NCBI GenBank assembly: GCA_963704725.1
Contig: OY969934.1
Location: 2,464,001 to 2,528,000 of the forward strand
DNA: 64,000 nt
Direction: 5' to 3'
Source: an uncultured Actinomycetes bacterium
GTDB lineage: Bacteria > Actinomycetota > UBA4738 > HRBIN12
A program made the position numbers and the translations under genes. This document shows, piece after piece, positions 48,726 through 58,252 of the stretch. The notes beneath the pieces were generated by a model. The model was not told where the DNA came from. It saw nothing but the letters and a program-made list of their open reading frames with translations, and ran no database searches. Each line of letters opens with the position of its first letter. Position 1 is the stretch's first letter.

Positions 48726-49739
48726 ATGAGCGGACCGGTGATCGTCGTCGAGGCGCTGAAGAAGTACTTCGGCGCGGTGAAGGCGGTCGACGGCGTCGAC
48801 CTCCAGGTGCAGCCGCAAACCGTGTTCGGCCTGCTGGGGCCGAACGGAGCCGGCAAGACCACGATCGTTCGCATCCTGACCACGCTCCTGCATCCGGACG
48901 GCGGGCGGGCCACGGTCGCCGGATACGACGTCGTGAACGACGCCGACCGGCTCCGGCACGTCATCGGATTGGCCGGGCAGTCGGCGGCCGTCGACGAGAA
49001 CCTGACCGGCTTGGAGAACCTGGAGATGGTGGGGCGGCTCTACCACCTACCCGCCGCCGAGGCCCGCAGCCGCGCCCAGACCGTCCTTGATCGCTTCGAG
49101 CTCACCGACGCCGCCAACCGCGTGGCCAAGACCTACTCCGGCGGCATGCGGCGGCGGCTCGACCTCGGGGCCAGCCTGGTCGGCCGCCCCCAGATCCTGT
49201 TCCTGGACGAGCCGACGACCGGCCTCGACCCCCGGAGCCGGATCGAGATGTGGGACATCATCCGCGAGCTCGTCCACGACGGCACCACGCTCCTGCTCAC
49301 CACGCAGTACCTGGAGGAGGCGGACCGGCTCGCCGACCAGATCGCCGTCATCGACAACGGCCATGTGATCGCGGAGGGAACCGCCGACCAGCTCAAGCTC
49401 CGGGTGGGCGGGGAGGTGCTGGCCCTCCGGGTCAGCGATCGCACCAAGGTCGGCGCGGCCGCGGGCGCGATCCTCGGCCTCGGCCCGGGTGGGGGGAACG
49501 TCGACAACAACACCGGCGAGATCACGCTGCCGGTCGGCACGGACGGGACCGCCATCCTGACCGAGGCGGTGCGGCGGCTCGACGACGAGAAGATCCAGCT
49601 CGCAGACATCGGCCTGCGCCGTCCCTCGCTCGACGACGTGTTCCTCAACCTCACCGGACACACGGCGGACCAGGCCGAAGGGCAGGCCGCCGGCGACGGC
49701 CAAGACGGCGGCAAGCGGAAGAAGAGGAAGGCCTCATGA
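48726..49739 (+). CDS. DrrA-like ABC exporter ATP-binding protein
   Basis: GPNGAGKT, YSGGMRRRLD, LTTQYLEEAD. Confidence 0.92.
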   Translation: MSGPVIVVEALKKYFGAVKAVDGVDLQVQPQTVFGLLGPNGAGKTTIVRILTTLLHPDGGRATVAGYDVVNDADRLRHVIGLAGQSAAVDENLTGLENLEMVGRLYHLPAAEARSRAQTVLDRFELTDAANRVAKTYSGGMRRRLDLGASLVGRPQILFLDEPTTGLDPRSRIEMWDIIRELVHDGTTLLLTTQYLEEADRLADQIAVIDNGHVIAEGTADQLKLRVGGEVLALRVSDRTKVGAAAGAILGLGPGGGNVDNNTGEITLPVGTDGTAILTEAVRRLDDEKIQLADIGLRRPSLDDVFLNLTGHTADQAEGQAAGDGQDGGKRKKRKAS

Positions 49740-50584
49740 GCTCGACGACCACCACCGTCACCGCCTCCGGCGGACGCCTCGCCAACACCACCTCCGACTG
49801 GTGGGTGCTCACCAAGCGGAACCTGATGTCCTACCTCCGCAAGCCCGACCTGCTGGTCTTCTCGACGATCCAGCCCGTGATGTTCGTGCTGCTGTTCCGC
49901 TACGTGTGGGGCGGCGCGATGCAGGCGATCCTCCCGCCCAACGTCCCGTACGTGGACTTCCTCATGCCGGGCATCTTCGTCCAGACGGCGATCTTCGCCG
50001 CGCTACAGACGGGCGTCGGCCTGGCCGAGGACCTGCAGAAGGGCCTGATCGATCGGTTCCGCTCGCTGCCGATGGCGCGCTCGGCCGTGCTTGCCGGCCG
50101 GACCGCCGCCGACGGCGTCGTGATCGTGTTCCAGGTGGTCCTGATGCTGCTGGTCGCCCTGCTCGTCGGCTACCGGCTCCACGAGGGCCTGGCGGAGGCG
50201 CTTCTCGGGTTCGTCGGCGCCGTCTCGGTGGGCTACGCATTCACGTGGCTGGCGGCGTTCGCCGGGTTGTCGCTGAAGACCGTCGAGGCGGTGCAGGCGG
50301 CGATGTTCACGCTCGTGTTCCCGTTCGTCTTCGCCAGCACCGCGTTCCTGCCCGACACGCAGTTCCCCGGCTGGCTCCAGGCATGGTCGCACGTCAACCC
50401 CGTGTCGATCTGGTCTGCGACGATCCGCGTCTTGACGCTGGGCGAGCTCTACACGAAGCAGCCCCTGAAGTACTTCGGGCACGTCCCGTCGCTCGGCACG
50501 CTGCTGTGGCAGTCGACCGCGTGGTTCGCCGGGATCCTGGCGGTCTTCTCGTACCTCGGGGTTCGGGTCTACCGGCGGACCTGA
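49736..50584 (+). CDS. DrrB-like ABC-2 permease
   Basis: IQPVMFVLLF, DRFRSLPMAR. Confidence 0.9.
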   Translation: MSSTTTTVTASGGRLANTTSDWWVLTKRNLMSYLRKPDLLVFSTIQPVMFVLLFRYVWGGAMQAILPPNVPYVDFLMPGIFVQTAIFAALQTGVGLAEDLQKGLIDRFRSLPMARSAVLAGRTAADGVVIVFQVVLMLLVALLVGYRLHEGLAEALLGFVGAVSVGYAFTWLAAFAGLSLKTVEAVQAAMFTLVFPFVFASTAFLPDTQFPGWLQAWSHVNPVSIWSATIRVLTLGELYTKQPLKYFGHVPSLGTLLWQSTAWFAGILAVFSYLGVRVYRRT

Positions 50585-50718
50585 GCCGGGTTCCCGACTC
50601 GCAGGGTCAGCAGGAGCCCGGACGCCGGCACGAAGACCCGCATCCCCACCCACTCGACGTCCCCGGAGCTTAGGCCGCGTCCGGACCTGCCGATATCTCC
50701 GGGGAAGGGAGCGGGCCG

Positions 50719-51516
50719 ATGCAGGCACCCATCGCGCCGAGCGGGCCCCCGGCGTCGGAGCCGGGCGAGCGGGCCTGCCCGAGCTGCGGGGCCTCGAACG
50801 GGCCGCTCGCGGCCTTCTGCTGGCAGTGCTACCGGCAGTTCGGCCCCTCCTCGTACTTCTCGCCCGGAGCTTCGCCCCGCACGCCCGGGACGTACGTCTC
50901 CTCGACACCCGCCGGGCTCCGTGGGGCGACCACCGCGCTGCCCTCCGGCCCGACGCCCGCCTCGCTCTCCACGTCCTCGCGCCGGGGTGGCAAGCTCGCC
51001 GCCGTCTGGGTGGCGCTCGCGGTCTTGGGCGGGTACTTCTTCGTCCACTCGTTCCTCGACCGCGCTCCCGACGCGGCCCTCCCGGCCACGCTCGGCTCGC
51101 TCCCCCGCGTGGAGAACCCGCTGCTGGAGCAGGCCACCGAGGCGTTCCGTAACGATTCCGAGGGGATGGGGGTGGACACCGACATGGGGTTCTACGGGGT
51201 CGGCGGGACGCCCAGCGCGGCCCTGGTGTGGGTGGACGGCTCGGACGTGTTCACCACCTCGGACGCCTGGTCCGAGTTCGCCGACGGGATGAGCGCCGGC
51301 ACGGGGCTCGGCTCGATCGACCAGAGCCGGACCGTCACGCGAACGGTGGACGGCGTGGAGTACCGGTGCGCGCCGGTCGTCGGCGAAGCGGCCGGCAACC
51401 TCTGCATGTGGCAGGTGGACGAGGTCTACTGGGTGCTGTTCGACCTCTCCGCGGCCGCGGCGGGCGGCGGCCCCACGCTCGACCTGGCGGTCGCCGCTCA
51501 CGACACGACGGCCTGA
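50719..51516 (+). CDS. Zinc-ribbon membrane-anchored hypothetical protein
   Basis: CPSCG...FCWQC, single TM helix, extracytoplasmic domain with two Cys. Confidence 0.72.
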   Translation: MQAPIAPSGPPASEPGERACPSCGASNGPLAAFCWQCYRQFGPSSYFSPGASPRTPGTYVSSTPAGLRGATTALPSGPTPASLSTSSRRGGKLAAVWVALAVLGGYFFVHSFLDRAPDAALPATLGSLPRVENPLLEQATEAFRNDSEGMGVDTDMGFYGVGGTPSAALVWVDGSDVFTTSDAWSEFADGMSAGTGLGSIDQSRTVTRTVDGVEYRCAPVVGEAAGNLCMWQVDEVYWVLFDLSAAAAGGGPTLDLAVAAHDTTA

Positions 51517-51530
51517 CCCGGCCTCCCGGG

Positions 51531-51557
51531 GGAACATCTCCCCGACGCAGCCGGTTG
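51531..51557 (+). promoter_or_regulatory. ECF (SigH/SigE-like) promoter GGAAC-N18-GTTG upstream of the MFS gene
   Basis: GGAAC 51531-51535, GTTG 51554-51557. Confidence 0.45.
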
Positions 51558-51609
51558 TCACCCGACATCGCTAGAGTGACGGGCTCGTCACGCTGAGGGA
51601 GGTTCCGCT

Positions 51610-53208
51610 TTGCCGCTCTTGGGCTTCGAGGGAGAGAACGCCCGCGAGAAGGTCGTCGTGCTGCTCACGATGTGCTTCGCCCTCGCGATGGCGATGCTGG
51701 ACAACACCGTCGTCAACGTCGCACTGCCCACGATCCAACGCGAGCTCAGCGCCGGCGTCTCGGACCTCCAGTGGATCGTCGACGGTTACGTCCTGGCGTT
51801 CGCCTCGCTCCTGCTGACCGGGGGCATCATCGGGGACCGCTACGGCCGCAAGAAGACGTTCCTGTCCGGATTGGCCGTGTTCACGACGGCCTCGTTCCTG
51901 TGCGGCATCTCCCAGAGCACGGAGCAGCTCATCATCGCGCGGGCGATCCAAGGCGTCGGCGCGGCGCTGCTCATGCCCGGCACGCTGTCGATCATCACCG
52001 TCACGTTCCCGCCGCACGAGCGCGCCCGCGCCATCGGGCTGTGGGCGGGCATGTCGGGGCTCGCCCTGGCGCTGGGGCCCACCGTGGGAGGGCTCATGAT
52101 CGAGCACCTCGGCTGGGAGTCCGTCTTCTTCCTCAACGTGCCGATCGGAATCATCGCCTTCATGGTGGGGACCCGGACGGTCCGCGAGTCGGTGTCCGAG
52201 GAGCAGCGGCACCTCGACATCGGAGGCCTCGCGCTCGGCACCTCGGCGCTGTTCCTCGTGACCTACGGCCTCATCGAGGCCAACCAGAAGGGGTGGAGCG
52301 ACCCGACGATCATCGCGTCGCTCGCCGGCTTCGCCGTGCTCATCACGGCGTTCCTGCTGTGGGAGCTCCGGAGCCCGAAGGCCATGATGCCCCTCCGCTT
52401 CTTCCGCATCCCGGCCTTCTCGGCGGGCAACTCGGTCGCGTTCAGCGTCTCGCTGGGGATGTTCGCGTCGTTCTTCTTCCTCAGCCTGTACATGCAGGCG
52501 ATCCGCGGCTACACGCCGTTCGAGGCGGGCGTTCGGTTCCTGCCGATGACCCTGCTCATCATCGTCACGGCCCCCAACGCCGGCCGGTACGCGCAGAAGC
52601 ACGGCTCCCGCGTGCCGATGACGTACGGCCTGATCCTGGCGGGGAGCGGGCTGCTGGTCCTGTCCAGCCTTCCGCTCGAGGTCTCGTACCTGGTGATGCT
52701 GCCGATCTTCGCCGTCATGGGACACGGGATGGGCGCCACCATGGCGCCGATGACGGCGGCCGTGATGAACTCCGTGGGGCCGCAGCGGGCCGGGCTCGGC
52801 TCGGCCATGACCAACACCTCGCGCGAGGTCGGCGGCGTCTTCGGCATCGCGCTCCTTGGGACCATCCTGACGACGAGGTTGCGGGCGGTCTTCGATCCGG
52901 CGCTGGGCGCGATCGGGCTCGCCGGCCCCCAGCGTGAGGCGATCAGCGAGACGGCAGGGAGAGGGGCGCTCGACCCGCGCCTGCTCTCGGGCCTGCCCCC
53001 CGGTCAGCGAGCCGCCGTGGGCCAGGCGTTCCGCGACTCGTTCATGAGCGGGTACCGGCTCTCGCTCGTCGTCGGCGGTCTGGTGCTCCTCGGGGCGTCG
53101 ATCGTGGCCAACCGGTTCATCCCCGGCCGGGACGTCGTGCGGGTCACGCAGGAGGAGCCGGCCGTGGTCACCCCGAACGTGGAGCCGACCCCCGCCCTCG
53201 AGTTCTAA
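51610..53208 (+). CDS. DHA2/EmrB-family MFS efflux transporter
   Basis: LDNTVVNVALP, GDRYGRKK, WESVFFLNVPIG. Confidence 0.92.
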   Translation: MPLLGFEGENAREKVVVLLTMCFALAMAMLDNTVVNVALPTIQRELSAGVSDLQWIVDGYVLAFASLLLTGGIIGDRYGRKKTFLSGLAVFTTASFLCGISQSTEQLIIARAIQGVGAALLMPGTLSIITVTFPPHERARAIGLWAGMSGLALALGPTVGGLMIEHLGWESVFFLNVPIGIIAFMVGTRTVRESVSEEQRHLDIGGLALGTSALFLVTYGLIEANQKGWSDPTIIASLAGFAVLITAFLLWELRSPKAMMPLRFFRIPAFSAGNSVAFSVSLGMFASFFFLSLYMQAIRGYTPFEAGVRFLPMTLLIIVTAPNAGRYAQKHGSRVPMTYGLILAGSGLLVLSSLPLEVSYLVMLPIFAVMGHGMGATMAPMTAAVMNSVGPQRAGLGSAMTNTSREVGGVFGIALLGTILTTRLRAVFDPALGAIGLAGPQREAISETAGRGALDPRLLSGLPPGQRAAVGQAFRDSFMSGYRLSLVVGGLVLLGASIVANRFIPGRDVVRVTQEEPAVVTPNVEPTPALEF

Positions 53209-53263
53209 GCTAGGGGCGGGCTTCGAGCACCCACGTCGAGCCCACGAGGCCGAGGAGACCGTG

Positions 53264-53512
53264 ATGCCCGAGCAGGACCAGGACGTCATCGAGCGCATCG
53301 AGAACCTGGCGCACGAAGAGCACACGCTCTACGAGAAGGAGTCTCAGGGTCAGGCGTCGACGCGGGAACGACAGCGGCTGCAGGAGATCCAGGTCCAGCT
53401 TGACCAGTGCTACGACCTCCTGCGGCAGCGCCGGGCCCGCCGAGCCGCCGGGCTCGATCCCGAGGCCGCCGCGCCCCGCGACGAGACGACCGTGGAGGGC
53501 TACATCGCCTGA
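53264..53512 (+). CDS. DUF2630-family protein
   Basis: LDQCYDLLRQRRA...VEGY; AGGAG RBS; start is 53261 or 53264. Confidence 0.82.
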   Translation: MPEQDQDVIERIENLAHEEHTLYEKESQGQASTRERQRLQEIQVQLDQCYDLLRQRRARRAAGLDPEAAAPRDETTVEGYIA

Positions 53513-53564
53513 GTCCGGGCCGCTCTCGGTCGGCTCCGTTCGGGTCCTCCCCCTCCTCGACGCG

Positions 53565-54359
53565 GTGACCCACTCCAGTCACCCGACCGTCGAGAACTAC
53601 CCGGACATCCGCCCCGAGATCTGGAGCGAGGCGCGCCGGCGGCACCCCGGCGTGTTCGACGCCGACCGGTGGCGGCTCTTCGTCAGGTGCACCGCCCTTC
53701 GATCGCAGGGGCGGACGATCCTCGTCGATGCCGGCGTCGGTCCCCCGTCCGTCCCGGCCTTCGCGTGGTCTGGCGTTCGCGGCCGGCTCCCCGAGGAGCT
53801 CGCCGCCGCGGGGATCGACCCGGCCGAGGTCGACACGGTGGTGATCACGCACGTCCACGACGACCACCTCGGCTGGACGGTCGGTGAAGGCTCCGACGTG
53901 CCGATGTTCGCGAACGCCGGCTACCTGGTGCACCGGGCCGATTGGGAGCTCATGGCCTCCGCCGACGACCCCGAGGACCGGGAGACCTTCGAGGCCGTCC
54001 TGGCCCCCCTGCAGCGCGCGGACGTCCTCCGGCTCGTCGACGGAGGGATCGCGCTGACCCCGGAGCTCACCGTGGAGCCGGCGCCGGGCCATACGCCAGG
54101 TCATCAGGTCCTGCTCGTGGACTCGGGCGACGCGCGCGCGATCGTCTCGGGCGACCTGGTCAACCACCCCGCGCAGCTCCTCCAGCCGTGGGCGGCCGGC
54201 CTGAGCGACACCGATCCCACTCTCGCCGCGGCCACCCGGGCGGCGTTCGTGGAGCGGATCGTGCGGGAGGGACGGCTCGTCCTGCCGTCCCACTTCGGCG
54301 AGCCGTCGGGCCGGATCGTCCCGGACGGCGATCGCTGGGACTGGCGGCCCGGCGTGTAG
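53565..54359 (+). CDS. MBL-fold metallo-hydrolase (start uncertain)
   Basis: LVDAG, THVHDDH, PGHTPGH, SGD, SH motifs; homology seems to begin at about 53520, upstream of the first in-frame GTG. Confidence 0.8.
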   Translation: MTHSSHPTVENYPDIRPEIWSEARRRHPGVFDADRWRLFVRCTALRSQGRTILVDAGVGPPSVPAFAWSGVRGRLPEELAAAGIDPAEVDTVVITHVHDDHLGWTVGEGSDVPMFANAGYLVHRADWELMASADDPEDRETFEAVLAPLQRADVLRLVDGGIALTPELTVEPAPGHTPGHQVLLVDSGDARAIVSGDLVNHPAQLLQPWAAGLSDTDPTLAAATRAAFVERIVREGRLVLPSHFGEPSGRIVPDGDRWDWRPGV

Positions 54360-54368
54360 GGTGGCCGG

Positions 54369-55187
54369 GTGGACCGAGTCCCCGAACCGCCCGAGAGCCC
54401 CCGCCTGTTCCGGCCCCGAAGCGTCGGCGACATCCTCACCCACGCGCTCGAGCTCTACCGGCTCCACTGGCGCAACCTCGTCGCGACCGTGGCGATCATC
54501 GTCGTCCCGCTCTCGATCCTCCAGGTCGTGTTCGTCGACCTCGTGATCGGCGACACGTTCACCACCACCACGGTCCGCGGGGGCATCGAGCGCGTCGACG
54601 GCTCGCTGGGGGCCGCGGTGCTCGCGTCGATCGCGGTCGCGGTGCTCTCGATCCTGATGTGGACCGTGTTGACCGGGGCGATCACCCGCGCCGCCGCCGG
54701 CACCTTCCTCGGACGAGACCTGAACGTCCAGGAGAGCTACCGGTACGGGCTGGCTCGGTTCTGGTCGATCGTCCTCGTCGGCCTGCTCGCCGGGCTGGCC
54801 GTCGCCGGCGGCTTCATCCTGCTGGTCGTCCCCGGCTTCTTCGTGCTGGCGAGGCTCTCCTGTGCGCTCCCGGCGCTCGTGATCGAGGACCGCCGGGGCC
54901 GGCAGGCGCTCTCGCGCTCGTGGCACCTCGTCGAGGGCTTCGGGTGGCCGGTGTTCGGTACGATCGTCGTGGCCGGGATCCTCTCGGGCCTCGTCTCCGC
55001 GCTGCTCACCGCGCCGTTCGGCGACAACACCCTGGCGCGGGCGATCGGGCAGTCGGTCGCGTCCGTGGTCACGATGCCGTTCAGCGCGCTCGTGGGGATC
55101 CTGATCTACCTCGACCTGCGCATCCGCAAGGAGCACTACGGCCCGGCGGAGCTGGAACGCGACCTCGCGCGGGCCGCGGCGCCGTAG
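54369..55187 (+). CDS. Integral membrane protein (GDPD membrane-domain-like)
   Basis: RPRSVGDIL, ALSRSW.LV, YLDLRIRKE. Confidence 0.78.
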   Translation: MDRVPEPPESPRLFRPRSVGDILTHALELYRLHWRNLVATVAIIVVPLSILQVVFVDLVIGDTFTTTTVRGGIERVDGSLGAAVLASIAVAVLSILMWTVLTGAITRAAAGTFLGRDLNVQESYRYGLARFWSIVLVGLLAGLAVAGGFILLVVPGFFVLARLSCALPALVIEDRRGRQALSRSWHLVEGFGWPVFGTIVVAGILSGLVSALLTAPFGDNTLARAIGQSVASVVTMPFSALVGILIYLDLRIRKEHYGPAELERDLARAAAP

Positions 55188-55197
55188 CCCGGCCCTC

Positions 55198-56397
55198 TCA
55201 CGCCCTCGCCGCCCGGAGCAGCGGGACCGGCGAGGCGAACCCCTTGAGCTCGACCGGCCCGACCTCGTCGAACCGCACGCCGTCGGATGCCGCCCGGGCC
55301 ACCTCGGTCGTCACCAGGACCTCGGAGGGCGCCGCCCTGGCGGAGATCCGGGCGGCGAGGTTCACCGTGCGGCCGTAGTAGTCCCCGTCCTGCCGGACCA
55401 CCGGCCCGGCGGCGAGGCCCACGTGCGCCGGCGGCAGGCCGGCGCTCGGCATCCGCTCGACCATCTCGAGCGCGGCCACGACGCCCTCGCCCGGATCGCG
55501 GAACCAGAACATCACGCCGTCGCCGAGCCACTTCACCGGCACCCCGGTGTGATGCTGCGCCGTTCCCTGCGCGATGTGCCCCAGCGACGCGGCGAGGTCG
55601 GCCGCGGCGTCGTCGCCCTGCTCCTCGGTCAACCGCGTGTAGCCGGCCAGATCGAGGAAGCACATCGCCGGCGGGCGCTCCGGCCGCTCGTACAGGCTCA
55701 TCTCCTCGAGCGTCTCCTCGATGTCGAGGACGATGGCCTCCACCCACGCGTGCTCCTGCTGGCGGTGGTACATGTCGAGGAGCGCGCGGTCCATGAACTC
55801 CATGTACGCCGCGCCGAACTGCGATGCGGTCAGCATCACCTGCGCCCGGTCCATCCCGGCCTCGAGCATCGGCCGCTCCAGCCAGGTCCGGTACCACGCC
55901 GCCTCTGCCTGCGCGATCCTGCGGAGCGACTCGCCGTACACGCGGACGATCCCCGCGGGTGCAGGGTCGTCGCTCTGGCTCCACGAGTGCACCACCTTGA
56001 GGACGCGCAGGAGCTCCAGGTCGTCCTCCCGTACGCGCTCGTCGGGCGAGGGCACCGCGAGCCCGAGCGCCTCGTTCACGCGCTGGATCAGCTCGAGGGG
56101 CAGGTCGAGCTCGACCGCGACCTCCGCGTACGTTCGGTCCGACAGCGCCGGGAACCGGTACTGCGGCATGTCGACGAAGTCGAACGAGATCTTCCCGTCC
56201 TCGATCGCCCTGGCGATGCCGTCCATCGGCACGCCGCCGAGCTCGCAGGACCGGGCCAGGCGGATCCTCGCGACGTCCGTCCGGCGATACGTCCGATCCT
56301 GCGGCGCGAGGATGCCGAGGCCCGTGTATCGCTCGACGACGTCGACCGTGACGCCGCACAGCCCGGCCAGCTCGGCGGCCGTGAGCTCGTCGTTCAC
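55198..56397 (-). CDS. Class III adenylate/guanylate cyclase with MerR-like N-terminal regions
   Basis: FLDLAGYT, VKWLGDGVM, DYYGRTVNLAARI, LKG. Confidence 0.9.
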   Translation of the reverse strand: MNDELTAAELAGLCGVTVDVVERYTGLGILAPQDRTYRRTDVARIRLARSCELGGVPMDGIARAIEDGKISFDFVDMPQYRFPALSDRTYAEVAVELDLPLELIQRVNEALGLAVPSPDERVREDDLELLRVLKVVHSWSQSDDPAPAGIVRVYGESLRRIAQAEAAWYRTWLERPMLEAGMDRAQVMLTASQFGAAYMEFMDRALLDMYHRQQEHAWVEAIVLDIEETLEEMSLYERPERPPAMCFLDLAGYTRLTEEQGDDAAADLAASLGHIAQGTAQHHTGVPVKWLGDGVMFWFRDPGEGVVAALEMVERMPSAGLPPAHVGLAAGPVVRQDGDYYGRTVNLAARISARAAPSEVLVTTEVARAASDGVRFDEVGPVELKGFASPVPLLRAARA

Positions 56398-57071
56398 GTC
56401 GGCGTCGCGTCGTCGGTGAACCCGACGCGCTTGTGCATCCCGTCGCAGAACGGCTTGTTGTACGAACGGCCGCAGCGGCAGAGCGCCTGGCGGTTGCGGA
56501 CCTCGTAGCCTCGTCCGTCCTCGGACACGACCGGGATCCCACCGCGGACCCAGTACGAGGCGTTCGGCTCGACGCCGATCGAGGGCTCGAGCGCCGGCTC
56601 GATCGTGGTGGCGGGATCGCCCCCGTCGGCGAACGCGAGCCTCCCTCCCGGACAGCGATGGATCATGCCGGCGAGCTCCTGGCGCGCGGCGGGATCGGAG
56701 GCCTCGGCCGCGAGCTTCCACACCGTGGTGCGGAGGTTCTTGCAGAACCCGGCCTGGGTGCACAGCCGCAGCTCGTCGTAGAGGACGACGCCGTCTCCGT
56801 CGGCGCGCGAGCGGCGGGCGGCGATCGGTCCCCGGTCCGCGGTCTCGGTGCCGTCGAACCCGTTCGTGTCGCAGACGTGGTCACAGAACGGCCGGCTGGC
56901 CGAGGCTCCGCATCGGCAGAGCTCGTAGGGCTCCGCGCCCTCGAAGTCCGGACCCTCGTCCCATCGGATCGGCTCCCCGTGCTCGGTCTGCACGATCGCC
57001 GTCCGCAGCAGGCGGACGCCGCCCTCCACCACGTAGGGCCCGTTCGCTCGAACGACCACCCGACTCGCCAC
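56394..57071 (-). CDS. CDGSH iron-sulfur protein (two CDGSH-type motifs flanking a divergent ferredoxin domain)
   Basis: CRCGASASRPFCDHVC, CTQAGFC..CPGG, CRCGRSYNKPFCDGMH. Confidence 0.85.
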   Translation of the reverse strand: MASRVVVRANGPYVVEGGVRLLRTAIVQTEHGEPIRWDEGPDFEGAEPYELCRCGASASRPFCDHVCDTNGFDGTETADRGPIAARRSRADGDGVVLYDELRLCTQAGFCKNLRTTVWKLAAEASDPAARQELAGMIHRCPGGRLAFADGGDPATTIEPALEPSIGVEPNASYWVRGGIPVVSEDGRGYEVRNRQALCRCGRSYNKPFCDGMHKRVGFTDDATPT

Positions 57072-57082
57072 GGCGCCCGAGT

Positions 57083-58252
57083 CTACGCGGACGCCTCGGA
57101 CGTGGTGAGGCGCCGGCGGAACACCATGCTCGCGGCGCCGAGGAGCACGACGGCGTAGACGGCGAGGACGCCGAGCTCGGGCATCACGTCCCCGACCGCG
57201 CCGCCGTGGCGCAGCACCTCGTCGAACGCGTCGACGGCCCAGGCGTGCGGCGTGACGTGCGCGATCGTCACCATGAACGGAGGGAACAGGTCGATCGGCA
57301 CCATGCACCCTCCGAGCGCGGCGAACCCCAGACCGACGAAGACACCGAGCGCGCCCGTCTGCTCGGCGTTGCGCAGGCTCGAGCCCATCAGCATCGCGGC
57401 GCCCGTTCCGACCAGCGCGAACAGCACGATGATCGCGACGCCGCCCGCCGGATCGCCCCAGTCGACCCCGAAGACCAGCCGGGTCACGACGAAGATCAGG
57501 AGCCCCTCGAACAGCGCGATCGCGAAGCGGCCCAGCGTCTCGCCGAGCAAGATGGTGCCGGCCGACGTCGGCGACGCGAGCAGCCGTCGCGAGATCCCGA
57601 GACGGCGCGTCTCGATCAGCATCGACGACGCCGAGAGCGAGATCACGAACACGAACAGCACGAGCTCCTGGGCCGCGCCGAAGTCGAACCTGCTCTCCGT
57701 GTCCTCGCCGCCCGCCACGGTCTCCCGGACCCGGATCCGCGGCAGCGTGGCGCGGAGGTCCTGGGCCCGCCGCAGCCCCGCGTCGAACGTCGCCAGCCCC
57801 TCCGACTCGACGAGTCGCGCCGCGCGGATCGCGGCGGACTGCTCGGCCAGCACCGCGTCCACCGTAAGGCCGACCTGCGCCCCGGCTCCCGCCGGTCGCG
57901 AGATGAACGGGAGCGCCACGTCACGTCCCGAGCGGACCATCTCGTCGTACCCGGGGACGACCACGAGCCCGGCCTCCACGTCGCCTCGCTGGACCGCCGT
58001 GGTGAGCGCATCCCGGGCGTCGAACGCCCGGACCTCGATGCCGTCGGTGCGCTCGAGGCGCTGGACGAGATCGGCCCCCAGCGGGCCGCTGCCATCCGAC
58101 ACCACGCCGACCACCGGCGCGAACCCCGACCCGAAGACCGCCCCGATCGCCAGGATGATCATGAACGGGAACGCGAGGATGAAGAACGCGCCGATCCGGT
58201 CGCGGAACACGCGCCGGAGGTTCGTCCACGCGATCACGAGCGGCTTGGTCAC
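57083..58252 (-). CDS. ABC-2 permease
   Basis: TM - extracellular loop - TM layout; ALGGCMVP, TPHAWA. Confidence 0.88.
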   Translation of the reverse strand: MTKPLVIAWTNLRRVFRDRIGAFFILAFPFMIILAIGAVFGSGFAPVVGVVSDGSGPLGADLVQRLERTDGIEVRAFDARDALTTAVQRGDVEAGLVVVPGYDEMVRSGRDVALPFISRPAGAGAQVGLTVDAVLAEQSAAIRAARLVESEGLATFDAGLRRAQDLRATLPRIRVRETVAGGEDTESRFDFGAAQELVLFVFVISLSASSMLIETRRLGISRRLLASPTSAGTILLGETLGRFAIALFEGLLIFVVTRLVFGVDWGDPAGGVAIIVLFALVGTGAAMLMGSSLRNAEQTGALGVFVGLGFAALGGCMVPIDLFPPFMVTIAHVTPHAWAVDAFDEVLRHGGAVGDVMPELGVLAVYAVVLLGAASMVFRRRLTTSEASA

